This document shows positions 41,077 through 48,653 of a stretch of DNA of 64,000 bases, in pieces. The stretch lies in contig OZ246983.1 of assembly GCA_965232595.1 (NCBI GenBank), forward strand, positions 1,352,022-1,416,021, read 5' to 3'. Under the pieces are notes generated by a model, which was not told the DNA's origin, ran no database searches, and saw only the letters and a program-made list of their open reading frames with translations. Position 1 is the first letter of the stretch; each line of letters opens with the position of its first letter. This DNA is from Candidatus Azotimanducaceae bacterium. GTDB lineage: Bacteria; Pseudomonadota; Gammaproteobacteria; Pseudomonadales; Azotimanducaceae. Made by a program: the position numbers and the translations under genes.

Positions 41077-42153
41077 TCAGGTCTGGTTGATGGCAGCACC
41101 CAGCAGCCTGGCCGTGACATCCACCACCGGAATCACTTCCTGATAGGCCATCCGCGTTGGGCCAACGACCCCGAGCACGCCGGCCAGCTGCCCCTGCACC
41201 TCATAAGGCGCGGTCACCACAGACACCTCTTCAAACAGCTCGTAGCCGGATTCCTCGCCGATGAACAGCTGAATGCCATGAGTTTCCAGGCAGCGGTCCA
41301 GCAGGTGCAGGATGTTGCCCTTGTGCGAGAACGCATCGAACAGGGTCCGGACCGTGTCCGTGTCAGCGCTCATGTCGAGCAGCCGGTTCTCCCCGGATAC
41401 CACCACCTGGGTAGCATCATCCGCCGCAGTTTCAGGCTCCACGAACACCTGCGAAGCCACATCGAGGGTGGTCTGCATCAGGTTGTCCATGCGGTCCTTG
41501 TCCGCCTGCATGCTGGCCAGCAGGGCGCTGCGGATGCGCATCAGCGAGCTGCCACCGAACTCCCGATTGATGAAGTTGGCCGCCTGGGTCAGCTCCACCT
41601 CGGTGTACTCGCGGCCGGTGTGGATCACCCGGTTTTCCACTTCCCGGTCATTCAGCACCAGGATCACCAGCACCCGATCGCCGGACAGCGGCAGAAACTC
41701 CACCTGCCGGAGCGCCACATGATCCCGTCGCGGCAGGGTGATCACACAGGTCATCTGGGTGAGATGGGAGAGCAGGCTGGAAGCGGAGTTCACCAGCTCC
41801 TGCGGCGACAGATCCGGATTCAGCTCCTGCTCCAGCTGCTCGAGCTGCTTGCTTTCCAGCGGGTCCAGGGACAGCAGCGTGTCGACGAAAAACCGCAGCC
41901 CGCGGTTGGTGGGGATCTTGCCGGCGGATGTGTGCGGCGACTGAACCAGACCCTGAGCCTCCAGATCCGACATGATGTTGCGCACCGTCGCCGAGCTCAC
42001 CCCGACGGCGGGCAGCGATGCGAGCCGTTTCGATGCCACGGGAACGCCCTGAGCGAGGTACTCCTCGACCAGCATCTTGAACAGCGATTGCGCACGCGGA
42101 TCAACCGGATCTTCCACCAACTCCAGGGCTTCCTTTAATCTATAACCGCTCAC
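41077..42153 (-). CDS. hrcA: Heat-inducible transcription repressor HrcA
   Basis: It has an N-terminal winged helix (VSSATVRNIMSDLEAQGL) and is 358 aa. GTG start, upstream of grpE. Confidence 0.92.
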   Translation of the reverse strand: MSGYRLKEALELVEDPVDPRAQSLFKMLVEEYLAQGVPVASKRLASLPAVGVSSATVRNIMSDLEAQGLVQSPHTSAGKIPTNRGLRFFVDTLLSLDPLESKQLEQLEQELNPDLSPQELVNSASSLLSHLTQMTCVITLPRRDHVALRQVEFLPLSGDRVLVILVLNDREVENRVIHTGREYTEVELTQAANFINREFGGSSLMRIRSALLASMQADKDRMDNLMQTTLDVASQVFVEPETAADDATQVVVSGENRLLDMSADTDTVRTLFDAFSHKGNILHLLDRCLETHGIQLFIGEESGYELFEEVSVVTAPYEVQGQLAGVLGVVGPTRMAYQEVIPVVDVTARLLGAAINQT

Positions 42154-42186
42154 TTCAATCTATAGCCTTTGTCTCGAGCCCGCGCA

Positions 42187-43830
42187 ATGCTCAAAACCCT
42201 AACCGTTAGTAACTTCGCCCTGGTGGACGAGCTGGAAATTCAGTTCGGCTCCGGCCTGACCGTAATCACGGGCGAATCGGGCGCGGGCAAATCCATCCTG
42301 CTTGCTGCCCTGTCGCTGGTTCTCGGCGAGCGTGCCGCCACCGACACCATCCGGCCCGGAGCCAGCCGAGCAGACGTCAGCGCCGAGTTCGACCTCAGCG
42401 CCATCGACTCGGCGCTGGCCTATCTGGCCGAACACGACCTGAACGATCCGGACCAGCCCGGACGGGCGCTGGTGCGCCGGGTGATCAACGCGGACGGCCG
42501 TTCGAGGGCCTTCCTGAACGGCACCCCGGTCAACCTGTCGGTGCTGCGCGAGCTCACCGGCGGTTTGATCGACATCCACGGTCAGGACGACAACGTCCGT
42601 CTGGCGGATCCCGCCGTGCAGCGCATGCTGCTGGATGGCTACGGGGTGGAGGCCAAGGTGCTGGCAGCCTGTCGGGAGTCCTTCCACGGCTGGAAAGCAG
42701 CTGAGGCTGAGCTTGCGCGGATGCAGGAGCAGGTGCAGAGCAACGAGGACCGGGCCGCGCTGCTTGCCTATCAGCTCGAGGAGCTGGACGAAGCCGCGCC
42801 CGAGCCCGGTGAGTTCGAGACCATCGAGCAGACCCACAAGCGCCTCTCCCAGGCGCAGTCCACCCGAGAGGTGGTGGCCGATGCGCTGTCAGCGCTGGAA
42901 CAGGCAGACGCGCTCGGCCAGGCCCAGACCAGCCTGGCCCGGATCGACGACGACCACCCGGACCTCAACGCCGCACGCGAAACGCTGACGACGGTCAGCG
43001 ATCTGATCCTCGATGCCGGCCGCGATCTGCGCGCGTTCGAGGAGAGCCTGTCCGTGGATCCGGAGTCGCTGCAGGCCCTGGAGTCCAGGCTGTCGCTGCT
43101 CCACGATCTGGCGCGCAAGCATCGGGTCAGCCCGGAAAACCTGCCCGCCCACATCGACATGCTGCGAGCGGAGCTGGACGGGATGAGCACGGATCGATCC
43201 AATCTGGAGGGGCTGGCAGAGGCGGCCAAGCGTCAGGAGAGCGACTACCGCAAGCACTCGAAGAAGCTGAGCCGGCAACGCCAGGCGGCCGCAGACGGTT
43301 TCTGCCAGACAGTCAGCCAGCACATGAACACCCTGGGCATCAAAGGCGGCGCGCTCAGCCTCACTTTCCACCCGCGGGAGAGCGAACATGGCGCCGAGGC
43401 CGTGGAGTACGAGTGCATCACCAACCCGCGCTACCCAGCCGCCCCCCTGGGCAGGATCGCCTCAGGTGGCGAGCGGGCCCGGATCAGCCTGGCGATCCAG
43501 ATCGTTGCCGCTGCCAAGAACCAGCTGCCGAGCCTGATCCTCGATGAGGCGGACGTTGGCGTCGGCGGCACCACCGCCGACGTGGTCGGGCGGCTATTAC
43601 GCGGCCTGGCAGAGCACACCCAGGTGATCTGCATCACCCACGCGCCGCAGATCGCGGCGCTCGGCGTCGAGCACCTGAAGGTGAGCAAAGACAGCGAGCA
43701 GGACACCCGGATTGCCGAGCTGGACGACGGCGAACGGGTGGACGAGCTGGCCAGAATGCTGGCCGGCGCCCGGATCACCGATGAGTCGCGAGACTACGCG
43801 CGCACGCTCCTGGAGGACGCCGGGGCCTGA
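42187..43830 (+). CDS. recN: DNA repair protein RecN
   Basis: It has the N-terminal sequence MLKTLTVSNFALVDELEIQF, Walker A GESGAGKS, the SMC-like coiled coil, and C-terminal LILDEADVGVGG. An alternative in-frame start exists at 42169. Confidence 0.95.
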   Translation: MLKTLTVSNFALVDELEIQFGSGLTVITGESGAGKSILLAALSLVLGERAATDTIRPGASRADVSAEFDLSAIDSALAYLAEHDLNDPDQPGRALVRRVINADGRSRAFLNGTPVNLSVLRELTGGLIDIHGQDDNVRLADPAVQRMLLDGYGVEAKVLAACRESFHGWKAAEAELARMQEQVQSNEDRAALLAYQLEELDEAAPEPGEFETIEQTHKRLSQAQSTREVVADALSALEQADALGQAQTSLARIDDDHPDLNAARETLTTVSDLILDAGRDLRAFEESLSVDPESLQALESRLSLLHDLARKHRVSPENLPAHIDMLRAELDGMSTDRSNLEGLAEAAKRQESDYRKHSKKLSRQRQAAADGFCQTVSQHMNTLGIKGGALSLTFHPRESEHGAEAVEYECITNPRYPAAPLGRIASGGERARISLAIQIVAAAKNQLPSLILDEADVGVGGTTADVVGRLLRGLAEHTQVICITHAPQIAALGVEHLKVSKDSEQDTRIAELDDGERVDELARMLAGARITDESRDYARTLLEDAGA

Positions 43831-43885
43831 GGCCTGTCCGGCAGCGGCTCGAATTCGCGGCATTTTGGCAGTAAGATCCGCCGCC

Positions 43886-44305
43886 ATGCGAATCATGCTT
43901 GCCACTATTGCCTGTGCCTCCCTCGTCCTGGCGGGCTGCAGCTTCAAGCGCCCCAGGCTGCCTCGGGTGCACAAGCTGACCGTGCAGCAGGGCAATGTGA
44001 TCAACCAGGACATGGTCGACAAGCTGCGTCCCGGGATGACCCGCAGTCAGGTCGCCTTCGTCATGGGCGAGCCGGTGGTTCGAAACTCCTTCAACGACGA
44101 CCGCTGGGACTACGTGTACACCATCGAGCTGCCCGGCGTTTACAGCACCACCCAGACCGTGAGCCTCTACTTCGTGGACGAGCAGCTGGCGTACTTCACC
44201 GGCGATGTGGTGCCCTCGCGGGTTCAGGAAGCAGCGGAAGCCGAAGAGGCTGCGACGGCCGAAACGGCCACTGCCGAGGCGGCAGAGAGCCAGGACTCAG
44301 ACTGA
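43886..44305 (+). CDS. bamE: Outer membrane protein assembly factor BamE (SmpA/OmlA)
   Basis: It has the lipobox LVLAGCS, then VQQGNVINQDMVDKLRPGMTRSQVAFVMG. The C-terminal tail is acidic. Confidence 0.9.
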   Translation: MRIMLATIACASLVLAGCSFKRPRLPRVHKLTVQQGNVINQDMVDKLRPGMTRSQVAFVMGEPVVRNSFNDDRWDYVYTIELPGVYSTTQTVSLYFVDEQLAYFTGDVVPSRVQEAAEAEEAATAETATAEAAESQDSD

Positions 44306-44314
44306 TCGACCCGT

Positions 44315-44587
44315 TCAGCCTTGGTCGCTGACTCGGCGACGCCGGGCTTCCTTCGGATCCATTAACAGAGAGCGATAGACCTCGACCCGGTCATCGGGCC
44401 CGAGCCTCTCATCCTGATCGACGATCCTGCCGAAGATGCCTACCGTCTGCGCGTCGAGATCCAGCTCTGAAAAAGGCGGGATGCGGGACACCGCCTGCAG
44501 CGCGTCGCGGACGCGAGCGCCGGTTTCCAGCTCCAGATGCAGGCGATGCTGAACATCCGGCAGCGCGTAGACGACCTCGACGTGCAC
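44315..44587 (-). CDS. rnfH: RnfH-family ubiquitin-like protein (RatB/YfjF-like)
   Basis: It matches the VEVVYALPD...GIFGR...L.DGDRVEIYR-type pattern. The putative GTG start is at 44587. It lies directly downstream of ratA. Confidence 0.75.
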   Translation of the reverse strand: MHVEVVYALPDVQHRLHLELETGARVRDALQAVSRIPPFSELDLDAQTVGIFGRIVDQDERLGPDDRVEVYRSLLMDPKEARRRRVSDQG

Positions 44588-44595
44588 GGCAAACC

Positions 44596-45030
44596 TCAGC
44601 GGGCGCCGAGCAGGTCGTCGGCTCGGGCGCAGAACGCATCCACCATCTGGTCTGCGGCCTTGTTGAAAACAGCGCCGAGCAACGACTTCATGCCCGACAG
44701 CTGAAAGCTCAGATCCAGCTCGACCCGACACCCCTCGTCGTCGCCTAGCCGGACGAAGGTCCAACCACCGGTCAGCTCTTTGAACGGGCCCGAAACCAGG
44801 ACCATCTCGATACGCTCGAACGGGGTGAGCCGATTTCTCGTGGTAAAGGTCTCGGTGATGCCGCTCGCTGACAGGCTGAGCGCCGCAACTACCTCGTCGG
44901 CCGACTCCTCGAGCACATCGGCCCCGGAGCACCAGGGCAGAAACTCCGGGTAGCGCAGCACATCGTTGACGATGGCAAAAACGTCTGCCGCCGGGTACGG
45001 CAGCAGCGCCGATCGTTGCACCCTGGCCAA
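44596..45030 (-). CDS. ratA: SRPBCC-fold protein RatA/PasT (Coq10-like)
   Basis: 144 aa containing VNDVLRYPEFLPWC. It lies in the conserved bamE/ratA/smpB neighbourhood. Confidence 0.85.
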   Translation of the reverse strand: MARVQRSALLPYPAADVFAIVNDVLRYPEFLPWCSGADVLEESADEVVAALSLSASGITETFTTRNRLTPFERIEMVLVSGPFKELTGGWTFVRLGDDEGCRVELDLSFQLSGMKSLLGAVFNKAADQMVDAFCARADDLLGAR

Positions 45031-45033
45031 GGC

Positions 45034-46395
45034 TCAGCCCAGCAGCGTGTTCACGAAGACGATGAGCACCGATACGGGCGCCAGGATTCCGGCCAGCAGC
45101 TTCCAGAGCACCGACTTGAAGCCGCCATCGATGCCGAGCTGGGCGCCGATCACGGTCTTCGGCAACGCCCAGGCACCAAACAGCGCGATGAACAAGCCGC
45201 CGACCGGCAACAGCACTTTGTCCGTCACGAACGAGGCGAAGTCGAAGAACGTGGGCTGGCCGAGGACGTTCACATCAGCCCAGTAGTTGAAGGAGAAGAC
45301 GGTGCCGAGCCCGAGGATCCAGCTGAAGACGCCGAGAGAAATCGCCACCCGACCCCGCTTGGCGTTGTACTCCTCCACCAGGTAAGCGAGCGCGGGCTCG
45401 CTGATGGAGATGGCCGAGGTGATGGCGGCGAAGCTGACCAGAATGAAAAAGATGGTGCCGAAGATGGCGCCCAACGGCATCTGCCCGAAGGCGAGCGGCA
45501 CGGTGACGAACATCAGCCCGGGTCCCTGAGCCGGCTCCAGCCCGTTGGCGAAAACGATCGGGAAGATCACCAGACCGGCGACCACCGCCACCAGCGTGTC
45601 GAGAAAGGCGATGATAGAGACCGTTGAGAAGATCGATGCGCTGCTCGGCACGTAAGCGCCGTAGGCCATGATGGCCCCCATGCCGAGGCTCAGCGTGAAA
45701 AATGCCTGACCCATGGCCGCCAGCACCGCGTCCGGCGTCAGCGAGGCGAAGTCGAGCCGGAACATGAAGTCCACGCCCTGAGACCAGCCGTCCGAGGTCA
45801 CCGAGTAGCCGAGCAGCACCGCCATCAGCACGAACAGCATGGGCATGAACCAGCGCACGGCCGTTTCCAGCCCGCTGATCACCCCGCGGGAGATGATGTA
45901 GACCGTGAGGATCATGAACAGGGTCTGCCAGAAGATGAGCTGCAGCGGGTCGGCCAGGAAGTCGTTGAACAGGCTCCCCGCCTGCTCGGCCGTTGCCCCA
46001 TCCAGGGCGCCGCTGCCCATCTGCAGGATGTAGTAAAGCGCCCAGCCGGCGATCACAACGTAGTAGGAGAGGATCAGGAAACCGGCCAGCACTCCGGACC
46101 AGCCGACCAGAACCCAGGCCGGGCTGCGATGGTGCTGCTTGATCAGGTGCCGCATGGTGTTGATGGGGCTCTGCCGACCTTCGCGGCCGATCAGCACCTC
46201 GGCCATCATGATGGGAATGCCGATGAAAGCGATGCAGAGCAGGTAGAGGATGACGAAGGCGCCACCACCGTTCTCGCCAGCGATGTAGGGGAACTTCCAG
46301 ATGTTGCCGAGGCCGACGGCAGATCCCGCCGCTGCCAGCACGAACAACCAGCGATTCGACCACATCCCGTGACGCGATTCGGTAGGCCCTGCCAT
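45034..46395 (-). CDS. Sodium-dependent transporter, SNF (neurotransmitter:sodium symporter) family
   Basis: It has the motif WSNRWLFVLAAAGSAVGLGNIWKFPYIAGENGGGAF and about 12 TM segments. Start at ATG 46395. Confidence 0.9.
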   Translation of the reverse strand: MAGPTESRHGMWSNRWLFVLAAAGSAVGLGNIWKFPYIAGENGGGAFVILYLLCIAFIGIPIMMAEVLIGREGRQSPINTMRHLIKQHHRSPAWVLVGWSGVLAGFLILSYYVVIAGWALYYILQMGSGALDGATAEQAGSLFNDFLADPLQLIFWQTLFMILTVYIISRGVISGLETAVRWFMPMLFVLMAVLLGYSVTSDGWSQGVDFMFRLDFASLTPDAVLAAMGQAFFTLSLGMGAIMAYGAYVPSSASIFSTVSIIAFLDTLVAVVAGLVIFPIVFANGLEPAQGPGLMFVTVPLAFGQMPLGAIFGTIFFILVSFAAITSAISISEPALAYLVEEYNAKRGRVAISLGVFSWILGLGTVFSFNYWADVNVLGQPTFFDFASFVTDKVLLPVGGLFIALFGAWALPKTVIGAQLGIDGGFKSVLWKLLAGILAPVSVLIVFVNTLLG

Positions 46396-46528
46396 CTTTT
46401 CTCCAACGCCCTGACTCGTTGGCCGGGCATTTTGAACCACGGTTAGACGGGCGACAACCAGCCACGGGACCCGGCCCGTGCGAACCAGGCGACGGTAACG
46501 CGCCGGCAAATGTCTCTATAATCCGCCG

Positions 46529-47002
46529 ATGGCAGGCAAGAAGAAAAAACCGGAGTCGAACACCATCGCCCTGAACAAGCGGGCGAAGTTCGATTACGAG
46601 CTCAGCGAGAAGTTCGAAGCCGGCATGGTGCTGGAAGGATGGGAAGTGAAAGCCATTCGCTCCGGCAACGTGCAGCTCACGGACAGCTACGTGCTGCTGC
46701 GCGACGGCGAAGCCTGGCTGCTCGGCGCCAACATCATGCCGTTGAGCAGCGCCTCGACGCACGTGGTCGCCGACCCGCAGCGGACCCGGAAGCTGCTGCT
46801 CCATGCCAAGGAGCTCGCGCGGATCTACGCCGGGACGTCACAGAAGGGCCTGACCTGCGTCGCCACAGCCATGTACTGGAAGGGCAACAAGGTGAAGTGC
46901 GAGATAGCGCTCGGCCGCGGCAAGAAGTCGCACGACAAACGCTCGAGCGAGCGGGACAAAGACTGGGACCGCCAGAAAGAAAGGCTGATGAAGCACGGTT
47001 GA
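46529..47002 (+). CDS. smpB: SsrA-binding protein SmpB
   Basis: It contains [13 protein letters not shown]...GWEVKAIR and ends in a basic tail. Confidence 0.96.
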   Translation: MAGKKKKPESNTIALNKRAKFDYELSEKFEAGMVLEGWEVKAIRSGNVQLTDSYVLLRDGEAWLLGANIMPLSSASTHVVADPQRTRKLLLHAKELARIYAGTSQKGLTCVATAMYWKGNKVKCEIALGRGKKSHDKRSSERDKDWDRQKERLMKHG

Positions 47003-47032
47003 GCCCCTCCGGGCTCGACTGGCCGTTACCGC

Positions 47033-47518
47033 TCAGGCCCCGATGGATCTCCGCCAGGCGATCATCTCGATGGCCGCCGCCGCCGCTTCGTAGCCTTTGT
47101 TGAACTCATCGTTTGCCGCCCGCGCCTCAGCATCTTCGATTTTGAACACCGGCAGCACCTCAACGATGACCGGCCGTCGGTACTTGAGCATGGCGTCGGA
47201 CAGCCCGCGCATGCACTCGTTGGTGATCATCTCGAAGTGCAGCGTCTCGCCTTTGACGATGACGCCGAAGCAGATCACCGCATCGATCTCACCATCGCGG
47301 TCGCCGGCAAGAATGTCCGTTGCCGCCAGCGGCAACTCGAGCGAACCCGGCAGCGTGTGCACGTCGATCTGGCTGAAGCCCTGCTGAGACAGGACCCGCT
47401 CGCAGGTGCCGGACATGCTGCCGACGATCTCCGGGTACCACTTTGACTGCAGAATGGCGATCCGCCCGGGGTTCTCGATGGTCGGTAGGGCACTCAGATC
47501 GACGACGGTTTTTGCCAT
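47033..47518 (-). CDS. ribH: 6,7-dimethyl-8-ribityllumazine synthase family protein (RibH2/type-II-like), stand-alone
   Basis: 161 aa. RIAILQSKWYPEIV resembles the RibH2 IAFIQARWHADIV motif as I remember it. It also has the central PGSLELPL motif. Confidence 0.65.
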   Translation of the reverse strand: MAKTVVDLSALPTIENPGRIAILQSKWYPEIVGSMSGTCERVLSQQGFSQIDVHTLPGSLELPLAATDILAGDRDGEIDAVICFGVIVKGETLHFEMITNECMRGLSDAMLKYRRPVIVEVLPVFKIEDAEARAANDEFNKGYEAAAAAIEMIAWRRSIGA

Positions 47519-47658
47519 GGGCTCAGCCTGCTGCTCGCTGCCTTGAAACGGGTCCGCAAGGCTAACACAGCTCTGGTGCCGGGCCCGACGCCTCAGTATG
47601 GTTGCGACTGCTACTGGTCACCGCAACCTGCTGGAAAAAGCCGAAGGAGCAAGCAACT

Positions 47659-48258
47659 TTGAGCGATTTCATTCAATGGCGCCCGCACCCCTGGCACGGC
47701 CTGTCCACCGGCAAGGCGGCGCCGGAGCTGGTCAACGCTTTCATCGAGATCACGCCCTTCGATCTGGTGAAGTACGAGGTGGACAAGGAGACCGGCTACC
47801 TGCGGGTGGACCGGCCGCACAAAACGTCCTCTCTGCCACCTACCCTGTACGGCTTCGTGCCGAAGACCTACTGCGGGGAGCGGGTGAAAGCGCTGATGCC
47901 GGGCGCCGAGCGGGGAGACGAGGACCCGCTGGACATCTGCGTGATCAGCGAGCGGCCGATCGCCAAGGCGGAGGTCATCCTGACTGCAAGGGTGCTCGGC
48001 GGCCTGCCGATGCTCGATGGCGGCGAGGCCGACGACAAGATCGTCGCCGTGCTGGCGAACGACGAGATCTGGACGGACGTCAGGGATATCTCCCAGCTGC
48101 CGGAACGCTTCACCTCACGACTGCGTCACTACTTCAGCACCTACAAAACCCTGCCCGGAGAGCCTTCGGTGGTGGAGGTTGGAGAACCTTACTCACGCGA
48201 CCATGCGGTGAAAGTGATTGAAGCGGCGGTGGCCGATTATCAGGAGGAGTTCGGCTGA
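47659..48258 (+). CDS. ppa: Inorganic pyrophosphatase (family I)
   Basis: It contains [24 protein letters not shown] and DPLDICV. The start is uncertain. TTG 47659 has GAAGGAG upstream, whereas the track ORF begins at 47602. Confidence 0.85.
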   Translation: MSDFIQWRPHPWHGLSTGKAAPELVNAFIEITPFDLVKYEVDKETGYLRVDRPHKTSSLPPTLYGFVPKTYCGERVKALMPGAERGDEDPLDICVISERPIAKAEVILTARVLGGLPMLDGGEADDKIVAVLANDEIWTDVRDISQLPERFTSRLRHYFSTYKTLPGEPSVVEVGEPYSRDHAVKVIEAAVADYQEEFG

Positions 48259-48271
48259 CCGGCTGAAGGCT

Positions 48272-48580
48272 TCATCGCTTCACCCTGGCGAAGAGGTCCA
48301 CCAGCTCATCGAACTTCTTCCGCTGCTCCTGCTCATCCCCTGACTGAATGGCAGACGCCACGCAGGTCGCGGTGTGGTCTTTCAGAATGGCATCTTCCAC
48401 TCTTGCCAGGGCCGACTTGATGGCCTGCACCTGCTGCAGCACCTCGATGCAGTAACGCTCCTCCTCAATCATTCTGCCGATGCCACGCACCTGCCCTTCG
48501 ATCCGGTTAAGGCGCCGTATGGTTGCTTCTTTATCGAGATTCACTTTCTGCTCCGTCGCTCTGGACCACGGGAGTCTCAT
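48272..48580 (-). CDS. csoR: CsoR-family copper-sensing transcriptional repressor
   Basis: It has RLNRIEGQVRGI and the x-C-H-C ligand pattern (RYC ... HTATC). An alternative GTG start at 48544 has a better Shine-Dalgarno sequence (GGAG). Confidence 0.85.
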   Translation of the reverse strand: MRLPWSRATEQKVNLDKEATIRRLNRIEGQVRGIGRMIEEERYCIEVLQQVQAIKSALARVEDAILKDHTATCVASAIQSGDEQEQRKKFDELVDLFARVKR

Positions 48581-48623
48581 GGCCGCCAGTAACTTTTGCG
48601 GTTACTTTGCGTCTTTCTTCAAC

Positions 48624-48644
48624 ATATACCCTATAGGGGTATAT
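48624..48644. promoter_or_regulatory. CsoR-type operator in the csoR/copA divergent region
   Basis: A perfect inverted repeat ATATACCC-tatag-GGGTATAT (the TACCC-N-GGGTA type). It lies between a possible -35 (TTCAAC, 48618..48623) and -10 (TATAGT, 48642..48647) for copA. Confidence 0.75.
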
Positions 48645-48653
48645 AGTATCGCG

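Noticed and set aside
40962-42186. CIRCE (the HrcA operator) near hrcA, grpE or dnaK, and a LexA box upstream of recN.
   Set aside because: No TTAGCACTC-N9-GAGTGCTAA-like or CTGT-N8-ACAG-like sequence could be found by eye. Absence cannot be proven without a matrix scan.
46494-46529. A full sigma-70 promoter call for smpB based on the TATAAT at 46517..46522.
   Set aside because: No convincing -35 element lies at a 16 to 18 nt spacing (the best candidate is GGTAAC). It is mentioned only as a possibility inside a finding, not annotated as a feature.
47003-47032. tmRNA (ssrA) expected next to smpB.
   Set aside because: Only a 30-nt spacer with a short GC hairpin (gagccc-ctcc-gggctc) lies there, and the next gene is convergent. 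There is no tRNA-like acceptor or T-arm and no tag ORF.
47519-47658. Possible FMN riboswitch upstream of the ribH-like gene.
   Set aside because: The conserved FMN-element core sequences are absent. Only a weak 6-bp hairpin (gttgcg...cgcaac) is present.
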